Positions 35,701 through 47,048 of a DNA stretch of 64,000 nt are shown piece by piece; within the stretch, counting starts at the first letter, position 1; the number at the start of each line of letters is the position of its first letter. Origin of the DNA: Elsinoe ampelina (lineage: Eukaryota); assembly GCA_010093995.1 (NCBI GenBank), contig ML992502.1, positions 1,344,711 through 1,408,710 on the forward strand, in the 5' to 3' direction. The notes under the pieces were generated by a model that saw only the letters and a list, made by a program, of their open reading frames with translations, made no database searches and was not told the DNA's origin. Both the position numbers and the translations under genes were made by a program.

Positions 35701-37002
35701 ATGGAAACCTACCACGGCCATGTCAGAACGCCGGCCGACGCCATCATTCTCTTCGAAGCTTGCAGAGTCGGCCTCCTCCCTAGAGTGCAACGACGACTCT
35801 CAGAAAAGGAGCGCCAGTCAATCAGATCCGGATCCATCTTTGTGTGGGACGAACGGGAAGCTGGCATGCGAAGGTGGACCGACGGCAAGTCGTGGAGCGC
35901 TAGCAGAGTGTCTGGCAGTTTCTTGACCTACCGAGAGATGGAGGGAAAGCGTGGCGGCAATGGCCTGTCGACTCCTCTGTTCTCCGGAAACGCACCGAAA
36001 GGACGTGATAAGTCAGGCGACCCGGATTCGAACGACGATGGCCCGGACGGCTACCGCTACAAGCCAGATGGCCTCATGAAGCAGTCTTTCAGCATCACCA
36101 CATCATCGGGGCAGCATCTTCACCTGATCAGCTACTACTCTCGCACAGCATCCGCCTCGCAAAACCTCATGCAGCCATCCAACGATCCGCAGCTGAGGCA
36201 CATTCGTCCCGAGAAGGGCATGTATCCAGAGTCCACAGTCCACGACCACAATAGCATCCCTGCCGTCACACGTGGACCAATGGCTGGTAGTTATGCTACT
36301 TCGCCTCATCAGGTCGCTCCAATGGCTTCTCCATACGGCAGACAAGCACCTCCAGGTTATGGATACCCCGGTCCGATTTGGGCACCACCAAGCCCGCTGC
36401 ACACTCCCCCACCAAACTATCAGCACTACTATGGGGGCCATCAGCAACATGCTTACCCCCCTCATTACGCTCACTCTCCCCACCAGCACATGCAAGCGCA
36501 AAGCTATGTGCCTCACTACCCTCCGGTACCTCAGCAGACAAGCTTCGATCGAGCTCCCGCCCCTCTGGCTAATGCTTCGCTTCCCCTGCCTGCACCGCAG
36601 CAATCGCATCAGCACTACGGTAATAGCTACCAGACCATGCCGTCACAGCCATCGCCTCTGCCCCAGCCGCAGCAGCAGCCGACGCCGAATGGTAGCATCT
36701 CTTCTGACCCCAAATCGATCGAGGCGAGGCACGACTCGGTTCATCCTCGGCCTACTGAACGCCAATCTGCGTCACCACCGGCTGTTGCAGTAACAAGCTC
36801 GGCGACCACCATTCCAAGCATTAGTGCTCTGATCAACGGAGCATCGCAGCCTGCTGCGGAAGAGAGGAGGTCAGGAAGTGTTAGTCCGACGAGCAAGACG
36901 GGAAGACAGTTGCAGGACATTCCCCTTCACAAGCTGGGGTTCAATCCTGGTAGTGACGCACGAGCATTGAGTGCTCTTGACAAAGCTACCTTCAGGGTTT
37001 AA
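35701..37002 (+). CDS. PAC2: WOPR (Gti1/Pac2) family transcription factor, Pac2 type
   Basis: METYHGHVRTPADAIILFEAC...RRLSEKERQSIRSGSIFVWDEREAGMRRWTDGKSWSASRVSGSFLTYREME and YKPDGLMKQSFSI...HLHLISYY. This is the Pac2 rather than the Wor1/Gti1 signature. Confidence 0.92.
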   Translation: METYHGHVRTPADAIILFEACRVGLLPRVQRRLSEKERQSIRSGSIFVWDEREAGMRRWTDGKSWSASRVSGSFLTYREMEGKRGGNGLSTPLFSGNAPKGRDKSGDPDSNDDGPDGYRYKPDGLMKQSFSITTSSGQHLHLISYYSRTASASQNLMQPSNDPQLRHIRPEKGMYPESTVHDHNSIPAVTRGPMAGSYATSPHQVAPMASPYGRQAPPGYGYPGPIWAPPSPLHTPPPNYQHYYGGHQQHAYPPHYAHSPHQHMQAQSYVPHYPPVPQQTSFDRAPAPLANASLPLPAPQQSHQHYGNSYQTMPSQPSPLPQPQQQPTPNGSISSDPKSIEARHDSVHPRPTERQSASPPAVAVTSSATTIPSISALINGASQPAAEERRSGSVSPTSKTGRQLQDIPLHKLGFNPGSDARALSALDKATFRV

Positions 37003-38163
37003 GAGGTTCAAGCACACAATGGGCGGTATCATGGGCGTTGCTTTTGGGTTCTGGCAGATACGAAGTGCTCGTATCTGCATTTATGTGGACATGGCTGGGT
37101 GGTCTTTTCTTTCACGAGAATACTTTCCTCTATAGCAACACGAGCGCTTTCATATGTAAATGGTCTATATCAATCACGCATTTATGCTGCCAATTGCATT
37201 GTGACTTCAGCGCAAGGATTCATGATAGCCTGAGGAGCTGAGGTCCGCGATGGCCCCGAGATAGAGCCGGCTTGCCGAGGTTGTTCTTCCGCGTCAACGT
37301 CTCACTTCAGCTCCACCACTGCTCTTCCGCATGCTTATCCATCCAACACGCAATTTGAAAAGCGATGACAGGATCTACGATTATCACGTCTCAATTGTCT
37401 CGCACGTAATCACCCTTTGAGGCACATTTGTGCACAATTCGGATGCCACTCGATCCTGTCGCTCAAATCATTGACTCGCCTCGTCAAGGCATTCCCGTTT
37501 CTCGAATCCTGGTCGAGCCCTCAACGGCGCACCTGCATTCCCGCTGCAAACACGCCTCTTTTTCCTGCACCTCGCAGCCACGAGACCCGATAGATTGGCT
37601 CCTGTCAAGTCAGGATAGCCGAGACGGCAATCGCTGGAAGGAGTAGCAGGTGAGGACCTGCCCATTATCGTCCCGTCTGCGTGGGATGCATGCATATCAG
37701 CCTGCTGCAGGCGGCAGTGTGCCTAGATTTATGGTTCCTTTTCTGCTTCGTCAGTAGTGCTCTACTGGCGCAGAGAGTCTTACACACGCACATTGCCTCT
37801 TTTGATACATTGCTCCCTCGTCCCATTGATGCGAGCGAGATGCAGAACTCAAACACCATCGTTGGCCGTGCTAGCCTATTGGTGGCGCCATTGTCGACGC
37901 GGAGATGATGTCGCGGCGCGTTGGGAGTCCAGCACGAGTGCCGGCGGATCTAAGGAGGATCAAATAAATTTGCTTTCGCAATGCTGAATGACTGTTGGAG
38001 GACAAGACATGTAGTTAGCACGAGCTAATGTGCTGTGATCAACCATTCGCGCGCAACGAAGAGCCGACGCTGTAGACGCACTGCCTACCATGACGTGCCA
38101 GTTTTTAAGGTCCTTCATTTGCATTACTATCTTACAAGTCTCGCTCGCTGAAGCAGACGTACT

Positions 38164-39292
38164 CTACTCCCCTCCTAGACGACGTCCAGGCCCTCGCCCG
38201 ACCCATGATCCCGAGCTGAAGCCACTGGCCCAACTCGCGAGACCACCGCCAGACGCAGGCTGCTGCGTATTCGGCCCTGCCCTCGCCTCGAATGCTGTGC
38301 CGTATGACCTGTAGCTCGCTCTTCCTCCTGGTTTCATGAACCATCTCTTGACGAATTGTGGTGGTACAATGACATTCCTGCCTCCACCAAACTGCGGCCA
38401 CAGTCTTGTCAAGAAGTCGTACAAATGCGCCGCGATCAGACCTGATGCGTCGCCGAGAGCTTGACCAGGTCCAGCCATGACGAGGGCCATGAGAAGAAGG
38501 CAGTATGGAAGGTATTTTGCGCGCACTTGGACGATGAAGAACGAGATGCGAGTTTCCGGGGTGTCGACGGAGTAGAGGTAGGCGAAAGCCAACGTGAGCG
38601 GCGAGAGGAGGACGAAGGAGCCGAGGACGTAGCCACCAAGAAACTTCTTCAAGTCAGCGCAAACACTCCACTTGATCACTACCAGACATGCACAAGAAAA
38701 ACATGATTGTAGGAGGCCAGAACCACCGCATCGACCACCAGGGCCCACGACACAGCTTTCTCAGTTGACTGCTCCACCCATAACCCCACGCTCCACAGGT
38801 CGCCTTTATATGTTTGCGAATGACGGCGCCCCGCACAGCGCGAGAGGTCATCTCCCTCGATTCCAGGAACCGCTTCAGCTAGATGGAGACTGGGCGGGCA
38901 GATATTTCGAGGTTTTTGGCACATGAAGGACAAGACACGAAGGAGAAGCAAAGTGTACATACCACGATGACGGCGCAAATGAATGCGATGGCCGTGAAGA
39001 ACTCGCCCGGTGCTTGGAAGCGAGGTGCATCGACCTCCAGCTTCTTGCCGTAGGTGAAGAGGAAGTATGGGTCCATGATCATGCCGAAACCTTTCCCGGT
39101 GAGGAGGAAGGGTGTGATGAGTCGCCACAGCTGCGGGATCTTCTTGTATGTGAAGACGAGCTGGGGGATGAAGACGACGTAGTATGGTGAGACGAGGTGT
39201 AGGACCCAGACCGACACGCTGAGCAGGACTGCACCAGCTGTAATGGTTCGTGTGACGGGCGGCTGGGCCAGGAAAGCGTCCATGGCCGACAT
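38164..39292 (-). CDS. Derlin (Der1/Dfm1 family) ERAD membrane protein; one long intron approx. 38962-38644
   Basis: PPVTRT...QLWRLITPF; AKYLPY; GLIAAHLYDFL; C-terminal SHP-like GRGPGRRLG. Confidence 0.9.
38705..38914 (-). ncRNA. Intronic box H/ACA snoRNA, snR43-like guide (25S Psi966 / 5.8S Psi73 equivalents)
   Basis: Minus strand: lower stem CCTCGA/TCGAGG; pocket strands (A)TCTGC and TTCCTG around an upper stem CCGC/GCGG; H box AGATGA 15-16 nt past the pocket; ACA+3 nt (ACAATC) at 38710-38705. The 3' end is less certain. Confidence 0.68.
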
Positions 39293-39751
39293 GATGGTGG
39301 TTGGATGAGAGGATGAAGGAGCTGAGCTGCGGAGGGCAGCAAATAGAGAGAATCACTTCATGACGGAAGAGGATGGAAGCTGAAGTTCAAGACACGTTGT
39401 GCAGAGGTCGAATTTTTGCGGCGCACAGCGCCAAGCCACGGCTCGGAATCCCACCTCAACCTGCGCGTGTTCATCATCTTTGTCTCGTTGCCAGTCCGTC
39501 CGAAGGCTGTTTGCCTCACTTCAACATCGATGTCAAGTTGGAGTCTTATGGTGACAGTGAAACTGGAGGCTGACATCTTCACGGCATGCGCTGTGAGATG
39601 GCCCTAGTCCTTTTATCGTGTCATCAGTCCAGATAAGGTTTAGTTTCTTACATACCACTACCATTAGAAGAATTTCTTCCAATTCTAAAGTGTAGTCGTA
39701 TTCAAATACTCAACGCTATACGCTCTACTTCGACCTCTTCCTCCGATGCAA

Positions 39752-41345
39752 CTACTCCCCCTTCCCATCACAATACTCAATCACCGCCCACTTCCCCGTC
39801 CAAGCCCACTTCCTCGCCCCACTGTCTCCCCCTCCATTCTCCATCGCCTTCAACTCCTCATCCCTCCCCTCCGGCAATCCCACAATGACATCCCCCTTGC
39901 ACGTCCTCAATGAAAGCACCCTCAACCCCGACCCGGGTCCCAGCGGCCCCAGTGCTGTCGAGAATGACGTCGTAGGCGCCCACTTCGCATCCGCCAATAG
40001 CTTTCTGTAGTTCAGATCACCCTTGAACACCACCAGCTCCGCCTTGCGCAGATCTTCCATGAGGTCCGGTTTCTCCTTGGGTAAGCGCCAGAAACTTCCC
40101 CCTTCGGTCCAGAGACCGTTCGGGCGTAGCACGAATTTGCCCTCGGTGTACATGAACATCCAGTCCTCGGCGAGGGTTTGGAGTTCCTTCTCCTCTTCGG
40201 TCGTCAAAGAGACGGGGGTGACGCCGTCTGCCTTCTCCGTCTCCGAGGGCGTTTCGTAGAATGATTTCGCGTTCAGTAGGACTTGAAAGAGGGTCGAGAA
40301 GTCCTTTGGCGTGACGTCTGATACGAACCAGGGGATATCTTTGGGGTGGAAAACGATGGTGGTGGCGAGGTTGGCTTTGATGAGGTAGGCGGCGAGGACG
40401 GCGTCGACGAAGAGCTCGAAGCCTGAGTTGTCTAGGACGATATCCACGCGGCGTTCGCTCTTGGGGTCGCGCTCGCGTAGGTCCCAGAGGGTGGAGAAGG
40501 CGGCGGGGACGTCGGTCACGAGGATGTTCTTCTCGGCGCGCTTGCGGGCTTCGGCGCCTTGTAGGGAGGCGATGTCGACATAGCTGGCGGATGCGAGGAG
40601 GGAGAGGTCCGTCGCGTTGCCCCAGAGAGATATCTCGCACATTTCGGTGAAGAGGAGTAGGTCGGCCTCGCGGCGTTGTTCAGGGGTGGCAGAGGCGAGG
40701 GAGGCGGGTGGGGAGGTGAGTTGGGCGGCGATGGCGTTGTATTTGTGGGTGAGCTCTAGGACGGCCTTGCGGGAGGAGCGGAAGGTGCTGTTCTTGACGT
40801 TTGAGAAGAAGTCGTAGGTCTTCCAGTATTGGGACTCTTGAAAGATCAGGGACATGCGGCGGTACATGTAGCATTCCGAGAAGAGCCAGGGGGCGGTATG
40901 CCAGTGGAGGGGAGAGCGGGCGGTGAGTTCGGCATTGTAGCGTTGGATGTCGTCGAACTTGCCCTCGAGAGGTCTGCATGATATTTCAGAAGCGTATATA
41001 CAGGGTAGGATGGTGGAGTATACGTGAGCTCGCGGTTGTGCTGCAGTTCGTACTTGAGAGCGGCGAGCTTTGATATCACTTGCTTGCCATCCCACTCAGC
41101 ACCCGCCTCCTCGCTTGCTCCCACTGCTTTGTGGACATCGTCAATGACACCAGTCTGCAGGATGTTAGTCATGTCCGTTCCCACGGTACAGTGGTAGTGC
41201 CTCACAATGATGATCGGCCATCGATCTCTAGCAGACTGGTATGCAAACGAGTTCTGATCAGAGTTGTTCCACTGGGCTGCTCCATGTCAGCCTCTGCACA
41301 AGATATTGATCGTTGCTCCTCACGTTCTTGCGTATCGTGCTCCAT
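39752..41345 (-). CDS. DUF89 / ARMT1-like damage-control phosphatase; 3 short 5' introns
   Basis: SFAYQSARDRWPII, WLFSECYMYRR, SLWGNATDLSL, DIVLDNSGFELFVD, HPKDIPWFVSD, VVFKGDLNYRKL, LRTCKGDVIVGL. Confidence 0.92.
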
Positions 41346-41679
41346 CTTGGCCCAAGGTCTTAATGATTTCAAGAAATCTGGGTCACGTAGTAAGAGAACC
41401 AAAAATGTTTATTACCTCAATGGCCTCGAATAATTTCTCCGTCTCAGCCAAAGATGGCCTCTCATGCCCCACCATTGGTTGAATCAACCATCATCGGTGC
41501 CCCGCGTCGTTAAAAGCCGGATCCGAGTTTAACCAAAGATCCTTGCCAGTGCTGATTGGCCAATCCCCCAAGCACCTCCAACAGCACTTCCAGCTTCACG
41601 TGCCAACAGCAACCCTAGACTTCTTACACGGCCAACCTCACCATCACTTCTCCCTTCCAACCCTTTCAATATAGCCACC

Positions 41680-42541
41680 ATGTCCCGCCCACCCCCACCC
41701 CCCGACCCAGACGCCCCCAAACTCGCCGCCTCAGCTTTCGACTTCCTCCTCATCGAGCTCGTCCCCATGGCATACCGAATCCAAACCGACCTCGCCGCGC
41801 GCGAAGAAGAGCTCGTCACACAAGCCTCGCTACTCCATCTCTTCCCGGCAAAAGGCAAAGGGAAGCGGAAAGCAGTGGTCAGCCAGGCTGGGACGGAGGG
41901 GGGGAAGAGTGCGGTTGGGAATGCTGGGGGACCAGGGGAGGGAACGGCGGGGACGACGGTGGGGACGGTAGGAGCGGGGACGACGGAGGCTGGGGGGGAG
42001 GAGGAGGATGAGCAGGTCCGGGAAGCGGTGTTCTTTCGATTGGATAGGTTGGGGTATAGGGTTGGACAGGGATTGGTGGAGAGGTAGGCCTTTCTCCTTC
42101 GAGTGTCAGATGCACAGAATTGAGTGGCAGGGAGGGAAGGAGGAATACAGTACGATAGGGACGAAGAGCTGACTGATTGATAGATTCGCCTCGGATCTTC
42201 CTCGACCGACCACTCATCTGGATATGATCAAGTTCGTGTGCAAGGATCTATGGATGAGAGTCTTTAGGAAGAACATTGACAACTTGAAGACGAACCACAG
42301 GGGGACATTCGTGTTGACAGACTCTCGGTTCCAGCCACTGTCGCGGATGTCAGTGGATAGGAAGTTGGGTCCGAAGGGAGTGGATCAGGCGCTGGCAAAG
42401 GCGCAGGCTTTTCTATGGTTTCCTTGTGGTGTCATCAGAGGGGCGCTACAGGGGTTTGGTATGAACGTCACGGTGAATGCGGAAACGACGGATTTGCCGG
42501 TGGCGACATTTCAGATCAGAGTGGTAGGGGCGAAGCCTTGA
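41680..42541 (+). CDS. TRS33: TRAPP complex subunit Trs33; intron 42084-42183
   Basis: FDFLLIELV...RLDRLGYRVGQGLVER|F...LDMIKFVCKDLW...IDNLKTNHRGTFVLTD...FPCGVIRGAL. Confidence 0.93.
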
Positions 42542-42992
42542 TAAATGCGCTATGGGACCAAAGATTATGCATCTGCAGGGAGGCTTAACGGTTCGCTGAG
42601 GCAGCTACGAAACGATGGCAAGGACAGCACGGGAGCAGAGGTGCAGGGCCACCAGGACTTGCTGATAGACCCACTGGCTTCATTTGGAGCAATTGGCCGT
42701 CCCACCGAACAACACGACAAGGACCACGAGCACCAACAATTCACCGACTTAGGACATGTCGTGTAAGGCACTTTTGGATTCATGGCTAGATGCGAGCTAT
42801 CTTGAAGACGCTCGACCGAGCTGGCTCATATGGTAGAAAGTCGTGAGATGCTAGAGGACGCATCGGATTCAGGCCACCAGATTAGAGCCTACCTGACCGG
42901 GAGAGCTTGTCAGTGTCGTGATCTTCTAGAGGATAGCGGTGTAGAAAGGGACATCGGTCCTGGTAAAGACCACGAATGAAATGCGTCATGAC

Positions 42993-44245
42993 CTACTTGG
43001 GAGGTGGGTTCTGGACAAATTCGACACCCTTGGTGATGTTGCCCTTGAGACCGGCGTAGCATGCTTGGAGCAGCTTCTTCTCGTAATCGTTGGCTGAACC
43101 GACAATGTTGTGTGCCTTTTTGGCTCCCTCGGGCTGTAGACGTCAGCGGTCGTAATCTACACACAGGAGAAATTACATACACCAAGCTCGACCGGGACAG
43201 AGAAGTACTCGCAGCCGGTGGCCTCGGCGATCTCCTTGCCACCATCGACACCTGGAAGGTAGACATAGGTTGGCTCGACAATGCCGGACTCGCCCTTGGC
43301 AGCCTTGATCAGCTTCTCGGCGAAGCGGAAACCAGCATACGCCATGGAGAGAGTGGCAGAGCCAGCGCCATCCTTGGCCTTGACGACCTCGTCACCACCG
43401 AATTGAACACCTGCAATGATCAGCTCCAGCTTTTGAGATCCGTGACTTGAAGCTTACGGTTGGTGAGGGCGTCGAGCTTGTCCTGAGGAATATTGACAGC
43501 AGGCTTGGCCTGGCTGAACAGGGGAACGATGGTCTCGCCGGAGTGTCCACCAATGACTGGGATAACAGTCTTCTGTGGGTCCTTCTCACCAGAGATACCT
43601 TGGACAAAGGTCTCGGCACGGACGACATCGAGAGTGGTAACACCGAAGAGCTTCTTGGGGTTGAACTTGCCGGCAGCCTTGAGTACCTCGGCAGCGATCG
43701 GAACGGTGCTGTTGACCGGGTTGGAGATGACCAGGATGTAGGCGTCTGGGGCGTGCTCGACGATACCCTTGACGAGATCGCGGACGATACCGGCATTGAT
43801 CTTGAAGAGGTCGTCACGCGTCATACCAGGCTTGCCTGTCACCGAGTTAGCTGGTGGGCTTCACCGCCAATGCTTCCACTATGCACTTACGGGGGATACC
43901 GGCGGGAATGACAAACATGTCAGCGCCAGCAAAGGCCTTCTTCATGCCATCATCGGCTGGGAGGAAGCCTTGGATTTTCTGCTATTGCTTAGTCCTTTGC
44001 TCTTCCTGTGGTACAATGCGGCTCATACGGCGATCGACGAGATGTGGGACAAGTCGGTAGTGACACCTGGGGTGTTGACGACATCGTAGAGCGAGAGCTC
44101 ATCTACGAGAGGAGAGATCTTGAGGAGGAGTGAGAGAGGCTGGCCAATGCCACCGGCGGCTCCAGCAACGACTGTGAAATCGGGTCAGTGATGTTGTACA
44201 AGCAGACGAGCTCAACAGGACAACCCCGCACTTACCGACTTTCAT
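42993..44245 (-). CDS. MDH: NAD-dependent malate dehydrogenase without mitochondrial presequence; multi-exon; alternative 3' end extends to 42882
   Basis: [76 protein letters not shown]; ends FVQNPPPK*. Confidence 0.95.
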
Positions 44246-44979
44246 GATGATGTTGGACTGTGAGTGATGCCTAGAAACTGATTGTGCAGGAAGATCGGTT
44301 GTTTGGGTCCTGAGAATGACCAAACAAATAGACGAATAAAAGGCGGAGTGTTTTGACAGAAGGCTGAGGGGAGATCAGGGTATTAATGAAGATCTGATGA
44401 AGACATAAGATCTTGGTGGGGGCGGGGAAACGCGGTCCGCACGGGGTTGTTCCATTGTCGGCCCATTGGACACCACACCACTTTACCTCTCAGGGTAGCC
44501 ACCAGGCCATGGTCTTTTATATGCAGAATCAACATTCGCCCAATAGATCGCCTCGTGTCATTACTCATTTCTGTAAACAATGCTATGGTAGACAACAGCA
44601 TGCACATGGCATACTCTGATCATCACTCGGTTGACCCCGAGACCGGCTGTCAAGCACAGGCTCGGATGAAATCGGAGCAGCGTGGACATCCACAAGACCA
44701 GTCTTCCGCGTCTCAGCTCGCGTGATACGAGAGCTTGCAGCTATAATATTGAGCTGCCAATGCCGAGATACATGGACCCAGATGTCGCAGGGATAGAAGT
44801 ACAGAAAGAAAGATCGGAATCAAGGGTATCTTTTCGTCGTGACTCAACCAATTTCAATAGTCTCGCTCGCCTTCCGCATCGTCATCAGCATTGCCCTCCT
44901 GAGGCTGTTGCTGATAGTGATGAGGCGCGTTGCCCGGAACCGTGGCATCCGGCAACCTTTGGCCCTGCTGTGCATACAT

Positions 44980-46116
44980 CTACGGCGCATTAGCTGGGTC
45001 CAGCGAAATATGGTCAAGATTTCTCACGGCTTGTTGCGGCATACCATATGGCTGCGCATACATTGTGCTGGGATCGAACATCTGCTGGCCGGGATAGGGA
45101 CCAGATGGTGCTGGTGGAGGATACATCCCGGGCTGCGTCTGATACTGCGTCTCTTGTGGGATATGCTGGGGCACACCGCCGAAGTCGTGAGGTGCCATTG
45201 CAGGCTGCGTCGGCTGTGGTTGCTGCGGTTGCATACCTCCGGTGGCTGGGTCCATGTTGGGTGCCTCAGGTACAGAGTAGGTACCGGCCTGGCCGAATTC
45301 TGCTCGTCGCTTGTGTTGTGGAGCGGCATCCTCACGAGGTACAATATCAATGAGGAAATCGAACTGCGATTCGTCAGTAGAGGCTTTCATGTCCACGACA
45401 CCTCACATACCATGTCCGACTTGGAAAGCGCCGTTGCTACCTTCAGAGACGTTAGTATAGGACGCGGCAGAAGCAGTGGAAGAGCCTCACGTCTGATCGC
45501 TGCAGAGTACGTCGCTTGTTCTCCTCAGCATGAATCCAGGCTCGACACGTGAGATCTGTGATGAACAGGCTGCATGCCTTTGCGAAAAGGATAGGTGCTT
45601 CGGCCGAGATCATTTTGACTTCGGGATCGGCCTTCATGACCTTCTTGATGCGGGCAAGCGGAAGCTCATGCAGCTTGTAGTCGTGCTCGTCCGTCTCTAG
45701 CTTCGTAATCTGGTTCTGCCAATAGGTGTTCATGATGTCCCGGTATGGCTGTGCGAGCCCTTGACCGACCTGCGGCGCGTGTGAGCTAAGCGCAATAACT
45801 GAGATCGCGCGCCTACATTCTGGTAAGGTCCGGTGAACAATTCTGGATTCGGAGCGTGTCCGGCAGCAGCGATCTGTAATGGTAAGTCAGATCGAATGCC
45901 TCACAATCGCGTGCGTGCGTCATACCGCCGAGCTGGCACCTGTGAATGCGATCAGTACTGTGTCGCAAATGACGCTCGAACTTGCATTGTGTACCTACCA
46001 TAATGTCCGTTTTGGGCGGGATTGTACTCTGGCTGTCCATTCTTCCCGTCATATTTCTTCATCGCAGCTTGTGGGGGCGGATGTGCTTGCATGGCATATG
46101 CTGTCGCGGGATTCAT
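44980..46116 (-). CDS. HAP5: CCAAT-binding complex subunit HapE/Hap5 (NF-YC); multi-exon
   Basis: [33 protein letters not shown]...[17 protein letters not shown] and [11 protein letters not shown] histone-fold signature. The start codon is tentative. Confidence 0.9.
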
Positions 46117-47048
46117 GCTTTCGCAGCTGAGCGCACGCGCGGGATGCGACGCGTCTGGCGGTGTGAGGTGTAACAGCTCTTTCTGGCCTTGCAGTGGTCG
46201 CGATTCGTCTATGGGAGTGCGCTTTGTTTGCGCAAAGGTTATAGAGACTGTAAATGGCGGTATGCGGTTTCGGTGTCAGGGAGGTCGTGGATTGAATGAG
46301 GCAGGGACAGGCGGCGCCTGCGAGCTGAAGAAAAAGTGAGCGGGGATGATGATTTCAGCTTTAGTCGGCTCCATTCGCTCAGGATGCCCGGCGACACCGC
46401 TATTGTGTGACAATGTTCACGTACTCTTGTGTGAGATGTCGACGAGCTTGACGCTCCCCGTTTCTTGTTTACCGACGTCAGTTGGGCAGTGCTTGCTCCG
46501 TCGTGTGCGTCTGGCGAATCGGATGATGGCTTGAGGCTGGCGTATCAGAAGAGAGCAGACGACACAAAGTGCGGCGCTGTCCGGCCAAACGCTTCACTTG
46601 ATAGGACCACCAGAAGAAGGATCCTGAGTGGGTGGAGGACTCTTGAATTCTAATTCCACAAGCCTTGTGATTGACAGGGGTTGATTTTTATTTTGTCACT
46701 GACGGGAGTGAAGAAGCCCAACCTTCGCATGCGATACCTGCTAGTATGCAGATTTCAGACCCTACGTCACGCCGGCTGAGTGCTAGCAGCTTTCATGCAT
46801 GGAGGCCCATCTCCACGTCGGGCCGGTCTTCTCCTTATGTAGCAAAGAATTCGAGGACCGTCAATCATGGGCAATTTTCTGGACGTTCAGAGCTGAAGCT
46901 AGGACGATTGCTGGGACCAACCACACAGCTGATCGCACACACTCGGACATTTCATTCGTCAAGGCAAATGCGAGCTCATGGGCACAAAAGATGACGGGCA
47001 TATGCAAGCAATGGCCCGAGTCCAGCCATTTGGGACCATGCAACCATT

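Noticed and set aside
38461..38926. ORFs reading through the Derlin intron
   Set aside because: Better explained as an intron containing a snoRNA; the spliced Derlin model is complete without them.
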